DNA from: Eledone cirrhosa
Taxonomy: Eukaryota
DNA: 64,000 nucleotides
NCBI GenBank assembly: GCA_964016885.1
Contig: OZ024743.1
Span: forward strand, 264,616,001-264,680,000
Direction: 5' to 3'
Positions 11,516-24,008 of the stretch are shown piece by piece. A program made the translations under genes and the position numbers. Numbering within the stretch: the first letter of the stretch is position 1; each line of letters starts with the position of its first letter. The notes beneath the pieces are model-generated. The model saw only the letters and a program-made list of their open reading frames with translations, had not been told where the DNA came from and did no database searches.

Positions 11516-14347
11516 TCCAGATCATATCTAGATAGAGTATTTTGTAGGGAAATAGATAGGTCTAGCATAGGCTGTCCACAATTCAAGATAGTCAGCTACA
11601 CGGACCACAAATTCGTGACCTGTGTGCTTGACTTAGATAGGCTTCATAGACGAGGACCCGGCTACTGGAAGCTAAACGCGTCCTTACCAGCGCGCAAGGC
11701 CTACAGAGACCGGATTAGCGAACTAGTTAAGCGGGCGTTGACGGGGGCCATCGTCAACAACAAGTGGTGGTTTGCTCTGAAAAGAGCGATTAGAATAGAA
11801 TCGATTAGGTTTAGTAAGGCTTTAGCAATAGAGAAAAATAGAGCAGAGGGAGAACTAGTTAGAAAATTAGACGAGGCGCTTAGCAAAGGCATTGCGACCG
11901 ACGTGCTTGCGGCGAAATTGGCCCTTGACCAATTCTTCAATGCAAAGCACGAAGGCTGCGTTGTCAGAGCTAGGGTGCGTGCTCTCAGACACGAGGGGAC
12001 GAAAGCCGTTCAATGGGCCCGAGTGGCGGAGGCGCGTCGTGGCAACAAAGCCACGATCCGGTCTTTGGTGGACCACGACGGGCGCATGCTACTCGATCCC
12101 GGGCAAATGTGTGAAGCTTTTCAGCGACACTTCGCTCAGCTGTTCGGGGGCAGCGGGGGGCCGGGTAGAGGGATGGACTTTAGTGTCTACCTCGATGGAC
12201 TGCCGCGGCTCTCGGCCACTGAGGCGAAGTGTTGCGAAAAGCCGATAACAGCCGCTGAAGTACGGGAGGCAATGACTGGCTGCACAAGGGGTAAATCGCC
12301 TGGTTTGGATGGTCTGCCCTATGAACTTTACGTACAGATGCCAGACTTGTTCGGAGGCCTCTTGGCGGACGTCTACTGCAACTGGCAACAGAACGGGAGA
12401 ATTCCCAGTTCTGTGAGCCGAGGAGCGGTGGCACTGCTGAGAAAGGATCCGAACAAGGGGGATAACATAGACAATTTCCGGCCCATAACTCTGCTAGACA
12501 CAGAGTTTAAGATTTTGGCCAAGGTGCTAGCAAAGAGGTTGGCGCTTGTCGTTGGTGGTCTGGTGGGAGAGGCGCAGACATGCGCCATTCCCGACAGATC
12601 CATCCACGACAACCTCCACCTCATGCGATACATCGTAGAGAGGGTAGCTAGGGAACCTGGCACGTGTGGGTCCTTGATCAATTTAGATCAGTCGAAAGCT
12701 TTCGATAGGGTCGACCATCGTTACCTAGCGGCAGTCCTGAGGGCGGCTGGCTTTGGGCCCGTCTTCAGAGGCTGGATCGCTGCCATGCACAGCGACATCT
12801 GCTCTGTGGTGAGAGTGAACGGTCACCTGTCGGAACCGTTCAACATCATGCGCTCGGTCCGCCAAGGATGTCCCCTCTCGTCCCTCTTGTACGTATTGAC
12901 TCTCGAGCCATTACTGCACAAACTGGAGACGTTGAGGGGAGTCCCGCGCGAACTAGGATGCGGAAGATCCGTGTCAGCATATGCGGACGATGTCACCGTA
13001 GTGGTGTCGAACGCCAAACACATCGAGGCGATCGGCACTACACTAAGAGAATACGAAGCGGTGACAGGAGCAATGATCAACCAGGAAAAGTCAGTGGGCC
13101 TGCAGCTCGGCACCTGGAGAGGCAGGTCCATGCCGTCCAACAGCGTCGTCGGGCGCTGGACGGACGGACCGGTTAAATTGCTAGGGGTCTGGTTCGGTCC
13201 GGACCTCCAGACGGACAAAAACTGGGACGAGGTGACGAGCAGGGTGGCTTCTCTCACCCAGAAATGGGCGGAGAGGAAGCTATCCCTGAAAGGTCGAGCG
13301 GAGGTGGCTAACGCGTACATCGCGTCTGTCATCTGCTACCGCCTAACCGTCGTACCTTGTCCTAAGCCTCGCCTGACTGCGCTGGAGCGTTTGCTCTTTC
13401 GCTTTTTGTGGAAGGGACGTGCTCCGATGGTCAGGCGGTCCATCTGTTGTCAACACCCGCTACGTGGAGGGCTGGGCATGCCGTGGCTGATGATGCGCAG
13501 GCACGCGCTCAGGCTACGACATCTCCACCTCTTCCTCGACGGTGATCAGGTGTGGTCGCCGTTTGCTAGACGCGTTTTTCCCCAGCTCGTTTCCTTGACG
13601 GAGCTGCAGTCCTGGGTCAAGCGAAGACCGAGAGGGAGCGCCTGGAGACTGGAATGTCTTCAGGCGCTCACAGCCCTCGACCAATCGGGCAATGTGATCG
13701 GTGGAAACTCCACCTCGGCGTTCTATAGAGGATTAGTGGAGGGGAAGAGCGACGACGTACTTGGGGAAACTCTAGGCGTCGACGAAAATCAACTAGCCAA
13801 TCTCTTCGGAAGAACTTTCGGGCCGGGGCCTATGGACAACTTCCAGAAATCTCTGGCCTGGCAGTGCTACCGAGGAGCCTTGCCAGTTCGGGATAAACTC
13901 TACAGGCATGGAGGTGCCGTCAGCCGGGCATGTCCGAGATGCGCGCAGGGCGACGAAACCGTCCTGCACGCACTCGTCCAGTGTCCGAAAATTGCTGACT
14001 TGTGGGTTTATGTCGAACACCTGCTGTCGCGTTTAGGACGGATCCAGCTATCATCTGAGTCTATCGTGAGGATTGCCCCGCCCTCCTCCTTTAGCCGGGA
14101 AGGGCAGGCAGTTTTTATCTGTCTGGTGGCCATGGCGAAAGAGATAGTATGGTGGACACGTTTGAAAGGGCTGAAGACGAGCACTTACCTCTTCGGTGAT
14201 GCTCTGATTGACTTTTTCAAATTTCATTTGAAAAGGAAAATCAGAGTAGAGAAGGAAGTGCTCTCTTCCCAGCATTTTGTTGAAAGATGGGTGAGAGAAG
14301 CAAGAATGGCCCGAGTGAATGGGCCGACTCTGAGTATATATCTGTAA
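11516..14347 (+). CDS. Partial ORF2: endonuclease C-terminal end, RT and zinc finger (open, 5'-truncated)
   Basis: Element-derived part of ORF 11288..14347; KSPGLDG, KAFDRV, QGCPLS, YADD, CPRC motifs intact. Confidence 0.85.
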   Translation, partial: SRSYLDRVFCREIDRSSIGCPQFKIVSYTDHKFVTCVLDLDRLHRRGPGYWKLNASLPARKAYRDRISELVKRALTGAIVNNKWWFALKRAIRIESIRFSKALAIEKNRAEGELVRKLDEALSKGIATDVLAAKLALDQFFNAKHEGCVVRARVRALRHEGTKAVQWARVAEARRGNKATIRSLVDHDGRMLLDPGQMCEAFQRHFAQLFGGSGGPGRGMDFSVYLDGLPRLSATEAKCCEKPITAAEVREAMTGCTRGKSPGLDGLPYELYVQMPDLFGGLLADVYCNWQQNGRIPSSVSRGAVALLRKDPNKGDNIDNFRPITLLDTEFKILAKVLAKRLALVVGGLVGEAQTCAIPDRSIHDNLHLMRYIVERVAREPGTCGSLINLDQSKAFDRVDHRYLAAVLRAAGFGPVFRGWIAAMHSDICSVVRVNGHLSEPFNIMRSVRQGCPLSSLLYVLTLEPLLHKLETLRGVPRELGCGRSVSAYADDVTVVVSNAKHIEAIGTTLREYEAVTGAMINQEKSVGLQLGTWRGRSMPSNSVVGRWTDGPVKLLGVWFGPDLQTDKNWDEVTSRVASLTQKWAERKLSLKGRAEVANAYIASVICYRLTVVPCPKPRLTALERLLFRFLWKGRAPMVRRSICCQHPLRGGLGMPWLMMRRHALRLRHLHLFLDGDQVWSPFARRVFPQLVSLTELQSWVKRRPRGSAWRLECLQALTALDQSGNVIGGNSTSAFYRGLVEGKSDDVLGETLGVDENQLANLFGRTFGPGPMDNFQKSLAWQCYRGALPVRDKLYRHGGAVSRACPRCAQGDETVLHALVQCPKIADLWVYVEHLLSRLGRIQLSSESIVRIAPPSSFSREGQAVFICLVAMAKEIVWWTRLKGLKTSTYLFGDALIDFFKFHLKRKIRVEKEVLSSQHFVERWVREARMARVNGPTLSIYL

Positions 14348-14609
14348 ACTAAAGGTGGAAAACTGGGAGAGGGCACTTGCCTTGGTGGTCAGGGTCATTG
14401 TGGCTTTTTACTGGGCTTTCTCCACAAATGTCCCTCCGAAGTCTCCCCCCTATTGGGGAATTTTTCATTGTTATTTTCATTGTTATTTTTGTTACATCCT
14501 CTGTTTTTGTTTTTTTACACGCAGAAATGCCCATTTGTACCGTCCTGCATTGTCCTGCACTGTCCTTAATGTCTACTTTATGTAAACCCTTGTGGTTAAT
14601 AAAGAAATC
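11516..14609 (+). mobile_element. 5'-truncated Tx1-like family A copy 2 with uninterrupted RT reading frame
   Basis: Starts directly after (TTA)5; closely matches 3996..7061; no stops through 14347. Confidence 0.95.
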
Positions 14610-14665
14610 ATTATCATCCTGAGTCTTTTATTTGTTAAGTCAAAAACCCTCGATGTCACACTTGT

Positions 14666-14775
14666 CACGAGGTCGATTAAATAAAGTACCAAATAAGCAC
14701 TTGGTGTAATATAAACCAGATTGTATTTTCCAAAGATTACTGGCCATGGGCCTTAATCAGAAATATTTATTTATT
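14666..14775 (+). mobile_element. Diverged SINE 3' fragment
   Basis: ggtcgattaaataaagtacca...ctggccatgggcc resembles the family 1 SINE tail. Confidence 0.5.
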
Positions 14776-17139
14776 TTGTTGTGTTTGATTTTGTTGCTGT
14801 TGGTTTTCCTTGTATCCGTGCAAATATGATCTGCATAACCTCGTTCAATTTGGATCATTCATCGAGTGTGTTTACAGAACCGACAGACATTTGAAATAGT
14901 TGTCACCACGGCGTTCTTCTGGGATATATTAGACACATCTGTTACCAAGGGAGACATAATACCTGTCAATATTGATCATCATTTCTTGTCTATATTTTGT
15001 TTTCATTCATTTTGAGATGGCTTACAAATAGAAACGTTCACAGCCAAAAATATATTGAAATAAATGCAACAGTACGGAATGCAAGCAAAACTCAGAAAGT
15101 CTTTATAATTGCGTAGAAGTACGTACGCGTTTAGCAGATGAAAATAACATTTTATGTGATAATAACATGAATTCGAAAATTCTGATGATATGCCTAGCAA
15201 CAACAGTATAGCTGTTACTTTCGATAACGCCTCCAGTAACCTATATTTGCTGCAAAAATTGGTTGTGAATATTATGTGACCAAGACAATTGGGCCTCTAG
15301 TGGAGCACTGCATCCAGGAGCAACAGAGAAAATATACTACGTATGTTTACATCACAAAGAATGGTGAAGTTACTATAATACCCTCAACTAGAGAATGATT
15401 CGATTTAAACGTTATTCATGTGCGTATCAATCACTCCTATATCAGAATCGGTAGAATATTATAGATTCCATACCAAGTTTATAAAACTGAGGAATAGTTA
15501 AAAATGAAAGCCGAGATGCTGCATCATACAATTGTCCATAATATTGTATCTTATTATATGAGGCGATGGAATACGAAGTTCACCGTAACGGCTGCTGGCA
15601 ATAGTGTTCGCCCTTACCTCGTCATCAGTGTTCTTTCTTACTTCGTCATCACCTTTGTAGTACAGTGCAGTCATATGATGCAGAATGACACGCAAATGGT
15701 TAGTGTCTCAATGCTCATCCAAGTCTTAATGACTCACAAAACTATCCCGGAGCTGTAATTTATTGATGGAGCAAAGGTATGGTTTAGGAGACTGTTCTTG
15801 CCAAGAAGAAAACCACAGAAATAACATTGAAATAACACAGAAATAACAAGGCGGGGAATAATGTCTAGCAATTACAAGTCCGACGGTAAATATTATTTAG
15901 GATTTCTCTGTCCGAAGAAACCTGACAGTCAGAGAAGAGAAATATGTAAATAGATGCAATGACACCAAACTACAGATACTGCTGTTTCCAGGACATCGTT
16001 GATCGAACTCCAAGGGTGGCTGAGAAATTACCCTTTACCCTTGATAGTATTAATGAATCCAAGCATAAGCCTTACGAAATAATGACAATACCCCACTGAG
16101 AACAGCAGAAAATTCATGTGGTATGAGATCAATACTGAGCGTTTTGAAGATTGGTTATGAGTATAACTGGCCAATTGTTTGAATAAAAGATAGGATCGTA
16201 AAGATTAGAATAGCTTTCACCAAATTTCAGCTTATTTGACCTTCGTTACCTTCCATGTATGTGAAAAATAATCAATTAACATCATAAACAAACTAGCCTA
16301 AACAGCATCAATTTCATATTACTGTCACTAATTGAAGGCAGAAAACTTTCATTCCTACGATAATGACTTACAACCTGGTGGACTGGCGCATAGAATCAAA
16401 GTTAAATATATTAATCATTCATGAAACGCCGCAAATGTTATAGTCTATGCTACCTAGCAGAACGCAGATATTTTCAAATGCTTGGTGAAATATATCTTCC
16501 ACTGTCAGCTATGAATTCTCATAAGAATAAAGAAGACAGGAAAAAAAAGATATAAGAAGAGCTAACAAACAAGCAAGCAAACAAAAACAAATTCAATATA
16601 TTTCTCATTTTAAATTAAATATCGTTTAAGAATATATTTCTTTGCCTGCGGAGTGAAAAATGTCTGACAGTGATAGATAGGGGAGATAATTCTGAACAAT
16701 TTTCGAACGTAATTGGTAAACAGCTGAAAATCAACGAGTAGACCAAACCGTCTGTCTTAAGGCATGGGAAAAGAAATACTTAAATGCATTTTCGAACTGT
16801 AATTTGAGGATAAATAACGTTTTGCAGGACTTTGAATATTTAGTGTTTACGTCTACGTTTATTTCTTTTTTTCTTGGTTTGAATTTGTTTCCAAAAGCAA
16901 GTCTATTTCCTAAAAATACTTTAAGAAGAAGAAAATATTAAGCATGATAAAAAAAAGAAACACATACATTTAACATTCAATTTAATATGTTTATCAATAA
17001 CATAACTCATTTCCAAAGATAAGAAGTATTTAGAACGGACCACCAATGAATAGGTTAGTAAATTAGGTATTAGGAAAAAGTGAAATTAAAAAAAAAGTAT
17101 ATTAGTAATATTGTGCAGATGATAACCTTAATGTGTTAT

Positions 17140-17294
<155 letters not shown>

Positions 17295-17391
17295 TTCTCT
17301 GTGTATGTGTGTAGGGATACATACACCCGCACGCAATCTCTCTCATACACACACACACATACCCACACTCATATATGTGTATATATTTATA

Positions 17392-17765
17392 TATATATAC
17401 TGGAATTTCGTATTTCTAAAGAATTACGGTATATTTATAGATACACATTTAGAAAGCAGTAGCTATGAAAACACTAGCGGCTATCACCACCTGGTGGTCT
17501 CCGGCAGAAGCAAGGGAGACAATCGTCGATGCTCATTTCGAACTGAAAGGTTCTCGGGTTCTCGACAGAACGATCCACCAAGACCGAGAGGAATTGTCCT
17601 GACAAGTACCATTCAGTTCGAAATGTGCATCGGTGATTGTCCCCCTTGCCTCTTCTGGACACCGTCAGGTGGCGACAGCCGCTGGTGTCTGCATAGCAAC
17701 GACCTTCTAAATGTTTATCTATAGATATACTGTATTTCTATAGAAATACTAAATTCCAATACATA
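17392..17765. mobile_element. MITE-like fold-back element, arms about 160 bp
   Basis: tggaatttcgtatttcta...ttcgaactgaa is the reverse complement (roughly 80%) of ttcagttcgaa...tagaaatactaaattcca; TA context. Confidence 0.7.
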
Positions 17766-18254
17766 TCTGTATATAGCTATGCTTGAAGATACATTCTAAT
17801 TGTATTAAATGTATATATATAAGGGGTGTAAATGTATATGCATACGTATTCACATACACATACACACATGTATATATATACATATATATACACACACATG
17901 CGTGTGGAAACGCACACATTTGAATTATTACATTTTTACATTTACTAAAGTATTAAGAATTTACTAGTTACTACGAAGATAGTACTATTTTCCACTTATG
18001 ATATGGCGGAGAATGTTTGATTATCAGATACAATAGAGACGCGGAAAAATTGACCATGGTTATTTTGTTGTCTTTCCTTACGTTAGGTATTCAAATCATT
18101 TTTCAGTGAACTTTGACTGTTATATTATTTTGCTTGGATATTCATCATGCTTAGATCGACAAAACAATGTCACAATCCAATTTCGAGAATGTTATAATGC
18201 TTATGCACAAATATATTGCGAAACATTCACCGCCCCCACATATATATTTATATA

Positions 18255-19583
18255 TATCGATATCCCACCGAATTTCTGAAATCATTGGCCCCTCCAGGTC
18301 TTCCTCCACACATATTACGACTCAAGAAAGGAATTCCAATAATGCTGCTTTGGAATCTGGAGCAACCAAAGCTATGCAACAGCACACGACTGGTTGTAAA
18401 AAAATTGCTGCCCCATCTTATCGAGGCTACTATTCTTTCAGGAAGTGGACAAGGGGACGACGTACTCATTCCACGAGTTCCTCTCATTCCATCAGGAGCA
18501 GCAATTCCATTTTCCTTTCGGAGGCTTCAATGTCCAATTCGTGTCAGCTTCGCAATGTCTATCAAAAAATCCCAGGATCAGACCCTAGCTGTTGCTGGTC
18601 TTTTTGGAAGAGTCATGTTATTCACACAGGCAACTATATGTTGGCTGCTCAAGAGTGGGAAGCAACACAAATCTCTTTGCATATGCCCGACATGGAAGAA
18701 CAAGGAACATTGTGTACAAGGTGGTGCTACAATCATTGTTTAGGTAGACGAGGCAGAAGGGGATATACACGATTCGCTGAAGAAGGATGAGACTGTGTTA
18801 GTAGTACGACAAACGGCTGCTATCACACCAACAGCAGCAAAAACAATAACAAAAAAGAGAGGGAACGCACAAATTCATGCTTTTGAAAAATCGTAATGGA
18901 AATTATTTGCCCATTCACCCAAGGCGACTTCACTTTTTATTAGGACTTCTGCATCAATTGGTGAACATACGACGAAACTTTGTAAGGAGTAAGTAGGAAT
19001 TCTGCTTCAATTGGTGAACATACGACGAAACATTGAAAGGAGTAAGACCACACCACTGCAGTCCCACATGCTTACTGCTCTGTAACTATTGCTTTTATTG
19101 TACCATAGCACAACAAATACATGTTCGGTATGCCAAATGCCTTTTTACTTAACCCTATTGTCTTGCCTTTCGTGGGTTGAACATTTCACTATTAGACACC
19201 TAATTAAGTTAAACCCCTAACCCAACCGATTTTTTAAAAACTTTGCATATGCATTAATTATGTTTCACAAATTTTCTTGACTGAAAAAGGTTTCATATTT
19301 TTGCCTGGGGACCGCATTTTTTAGCATTTTGGTTGCGTTGGGGCCTGTAACCTTCAAACTATCCAACTAAATTCCTTCATGCTCTCCACCACTGCAGTCC
19401 CACATGCTTACTGTTCTGTAAGTATTGCTTTCATTGTACCATAGCACAACAAATACATGTTCGGTTTGTCAACACCATCCCCAGGCCGTGGTATTCCGTA
19501 CTTCTCTATACTATTTCAGAAAGGAGGAGTAAACATGCCAATCTATTTTTAGACTCCCGAGCAACGCCGGGCCATTCAGCTAG
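18255..19583 (+). mobile_element. Helitron 3' fragment with PIF1-helicase C-terminal remnant
   Basis: YPTEFL..PPH.LRLK.G.PIMLL.NL...LCN.TRL and [21 protein letters not shown]; ends cccgagcaacgccggg hairpin, CTAG, then T. Confidence 0.88.
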
Positions 19584-19590
19584 TATATTC

Positions 19591-19789
19591 TAATAATAAC
19601 TGTTTCTGCGTTTGGTACAAGGCCAGCAAATTACCCAGTGCATTACTGGTACTTTATTTTATCGACCCCGTAAGGACGAAAGGCAAAGTTAATCTCGGCG
19701 GGATTTGAACTCAGATTGGCAAGGGCCGTAACTCTATACGTCAAAGCATGGCGTCCGACTCTCTACCGATACTGCCATTCTACCGCCTT
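19591..19789 (-). mobile_element. tRNA-derived SINE family 1
   Basis: Minus strand has A box tggcagtatcgg, B box gagttcaaatcc and a (TTA) tail. Confidence 0.85.
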
Positions 19790-19791
19790 TC

Positions 19792-19990
19792 TAATAATAA
19801 TTGTTTCTACTTTTGGCACAAGGCCAGCAATTATCCAGGTATATTACTGGTACTTCATTTTATCGACCCTGTAAGGATGAAAGGCAAAGTTGACCTCGGC
19901 GGGATTTGAACTCATATCATAAAGGGAGGTAACTCTATGCTTCAAAGCATGGCGTCCGACCCTCTACCGATACTGTCAATCCACCGCCTT
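19792..19990 (-). mobile_element. tRNA-derived SINE family 1, tandem second copy
   Basis: Direct repeat of 19591..19789. Confidence 0.85.
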
Positions 19991-20123
19991 TCTAATAATA
20001 ACGAACGGTGAAAAGATAAACATTAGCGTTCGTGGGAAATTGAAAGGTTCGATTGTCAGTCACGCTAATGTCTATTTTCTTCAATTCTGGTGTCTATATG
20101 CTCTGTTATTATAGCACCATGAA

Positions 20124-20410
20124 GGCTCATCGCTTAGTGGTTAGATTATTCAGCTCAGGATCGGAAGATCATGAGTTCGATTCCCGATAACGCGTTGTGT
20201 CCTTGAGAAAGACAATTTATTTCATCTTGCTCCATTCCAGTCAGCTGGCAGAAACGAGAAGTACACCTTGTTACATTGTGTATGACACTGAATATCCCCG
20301 AGATTTACGTTAATTGTATTCGTATTTCTGGAATGTTCTACCACTTGTACTTTAATATTCAGGAGCAGGTTGTTCGTATCAACTGGAACACTCGACGTCG
20401 TAACCGTGGA
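20124..20410 (+). mobile_element. tRNA-derived SINE family 2, diverged
   Basis: gcttagtggttag A box, gagttcgattccc B box, then gttgtgtccttgagaaagaca core. Confidence 0.65.
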
Positions 20411-20466
20411 AATTATTTATTCAATGGAATTTTAAAATTACACTGTTGGCTTCTACTCATATGATA

Positions 20467-20547
<81 letters not shown>

Positions 20548-20549
20548 TC

Positions 20550-21985
20550 AGCTGAAACTGAGAAAAATCAATCTGTAGACGCAGAAGTAAATATTTCAAT
20601 ATAGTTACGACCAAATATTGGCTTTAGAAAAGGGGAAGACGTAATGCTAGTGCATGAGGATATTGTCTTGAGATGAGCTAAATGTATGTAAGGTGAAATT
20701 CCTATCTTGGGAAGCATTTTCATTTACCACATAAATATCACAAGATTTTTAACAGAAACAGTTAAAATATCTTATTTCACAAATCCCCACATTGCACACA
20801 AAATCACTGCATCTTACCTAGGTAAACTACCTAGCCGAACCAACATTAACAATCTTGAAGTTAGTTTCAGCTGCAATTGTATCAAGGAACTACTGCTCTC
20901 TAACAGGGAAATGCCTCTGAAGGAATATTGTTCATAAATGTGAGGTTGATACACCAGCTACTAGTAAGGCTTACATAGATTTAACTGCCAATAGATTTAA
21001 GCAGCTTTAATACATTCACTCTTAATTATTTTGGGACCCTTTAAGAAGAAATATGATCTCGTACAGCCTATATATATATCACGTACAGCCTATATATATC
21101 TGGAGTATAACAGATATAGATTACACAAGGAAATCTTAGCCAAAGCTAGATCCTATAACAGAAATAAAAGAACGTGTGATCTGTGTACCCCTAAAGCCCT
21201 GGATATACTTTCCATCAACGAACGAATATTAAACAAAAACTCTGATATAGTTTCGGCTTTTAAACATAACTTCTATAAAACATGTCGATGTTACAGGCCA
21301 ACATTATATCCTTCAGGATGGTATGGACACTATGTGTCATGATCAGGTAGCTACAAACAATCTAACTTTATACCCAATTTATACATAAATCTAAAAATCA
21401 GGAAAGAGAGTTTAAAATTATATACAAATGGAAGTTTAGTAAAATCGAAGTTTTGGCTGTGGCCAAGCTAACGATATACAATTGGGACTCGATATGGTTG
21501 TTTCACCTTAGAGTAATAACATACGTTAGATAGCTTGACAAATTGAAAACTGCGACCGGTGACCCAGCCACATGAAACCAAGGCAACGAAAAAACCAATC
21601 ATCTATTAACAAACAAACCTGGACCATCTCAATCGATATTAAGCATTATCTCCAATAGGTTTCTATGAATCCGAAATCAACAAAGACATGACGGTAATAT
21701 AGGCAACATAGAAATTAAAACAATATCTAACCATAGAAATGACTCCTTCACACTTCAACTTCTCTTCTTTATTTCTTTGCTTCTTTAGGTCTTCTTCTAT
21801 AAGTTAACATATTATTTGTGGTATATAAATGTTGAGTGTTGAGGAAGTAATTTACAGGATAAAGACGATAGGAGTATGCAGAATAACCAATCTCTTGTAT
21901 TTTATCTGATGAAAGCGTACTAAAAAAACACTGTCCTCTTGAAATATATATAAAGTATATACTTTGGATATGTGAAAGTATTTCT
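20550..21985 (+). mobile_element. Decayed 5'-truncated Penelope-like element (Hydra-type GIY-YIG) with 3' pseudo-LTR
   Basis: KHF..HKYHKIFNR, SCNC, NIVHKCEV...KAYID, CDLC, LNKNSDIVS; starts at (AT)n; hammerhead core near 3' end; boundaries approximate. Confidence 0.75.
21897..21962 (+). ncRNA. Minimal hammerhead ribozyme motif (degenerate stems)
   Basis: CTGATGA aag...ctt GAAA tatata TA; same core as at 32406. Confidence 0.5.
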
Positions 21986-22412
21986 CATTTATTAATATTT
22001 TGAATATAGCGGGATAACACGCTATCGTTGTAGGTAATCCACTTAGTCCAGTTAGAGTACTCCGTGTTGTTGATGGTATTAACGTATGGCTTAGTTTGAC
22101 TCAACAAGACGTTTCCATAGTAATGCAGCGAGTTCACGGTGATTTCTATGTAGGTTATACTTGGAGTAATAATAATTTTAAAAAATACCACTCCTCTATA
22201 AAAGCCATGCCTTGTATATTATCCTCACGTTCGCTCGCTCTGATGAATTAACTGGTTATCAACAAAGTATTGGAGATCGATTGACGCAACATCTAGCGAT
22301 TAGCGAACTCTAGACCTACCAGATCAAAGAAACAATTGTCAGCACTGTGAATAAAGCCCTTATTGTACAGACAACCATGTTACTCTTATTTCTTGAATTA
22401 TATATATATATA

Positions 22413-23139
<727 letters not shown>

Positions 23140-23639
23140 GTAATTGATAATCTAAGTTCAGATCCTTCTGGGGTTAAATTCGCTTGTTATGCACCGGATG
23201 TTAATAAAATAATGTAGATAGGTGGATTTCTTAACATGACAGTTGTTACTAATACTACTGCGGGTAAAACACGTCTATTGGATTATTTTATTTATTTTTA
23301 CTGAAAAGTTACTTAATACGCATGCGTAAATCATCTCATGCATTACCCAAGCAAATTATTTCATAGATTATACGAACAATATTTAATAATCAATCACTAA
23401 ACACGTTTAATGATGTTTGAATAATACTCTAGCAAATCGATAGACGAAATTGATTTATTTTTCGGCTTCTTCTCCAAATAGCAAGCGTGCTGGAGTATTT
23501 GCTGTTCATACATAATGTATCTGTAATTAATACTATTACTGGTGCTCATGTATTCCTTAACAAAATTTGTATACACTCTCACAAACAAACGGACAAGCAC
23601 ACACACAGACACACACATACACACACACACTCACACACG

Positions 23640-23946
23640 CCTCCAACTCCCAACTCCACACGCCACCACCCCTACACACCTCACACCCTTCCACCACTTG
23701 TTTATTTTTATGTTTATTTTTATGTTTATTTTTATTTGTACTCTTCAATCGTTTTTCCTCCCCCCTCTTTTTTCGAAAAGTCTTTCCAGCACTCCCCCAC
23801 ACACAATCGGACCTCTCTTCCTACCCATTTTTCTCTTGAGGAAGTGCTTATGCCCGAAACGTTGTTCACCACCCCCACTCTCAAAAGCGTGAACCTAATA
23901 AACTCTTATTTGTACTGCCTCTCTGTTTTTGTTCCCGTCTAAGTTT

Positions 23947-23950
<4 letters not shown>
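23640..23950 (+). mobile_element. Probable Penelope-like pseudo-LTR remnant
   Basis: tTGAGGA agtgc ttat gccc GAAA cgtt hammerhead-like core at 23836; lies between (CA)n and (TA)n. Confidence 0.4.

Positions 23951-24008
<58 letters not shown>

Noticed and set aside
15250-16050. Possible old LINE 3' fragment
   Set aside because: Too degenerate to support with motifs
19591-20200. tRNA genes suggested by A and B boxes
   Set aside because: No cloverleaf; multicopy with SINE bodies and tails
22236-22300. Hammerhead-like cgct CTGATGA...gcaa..tagcg
   Set aside because: GAAA box is altered and stem II is poor
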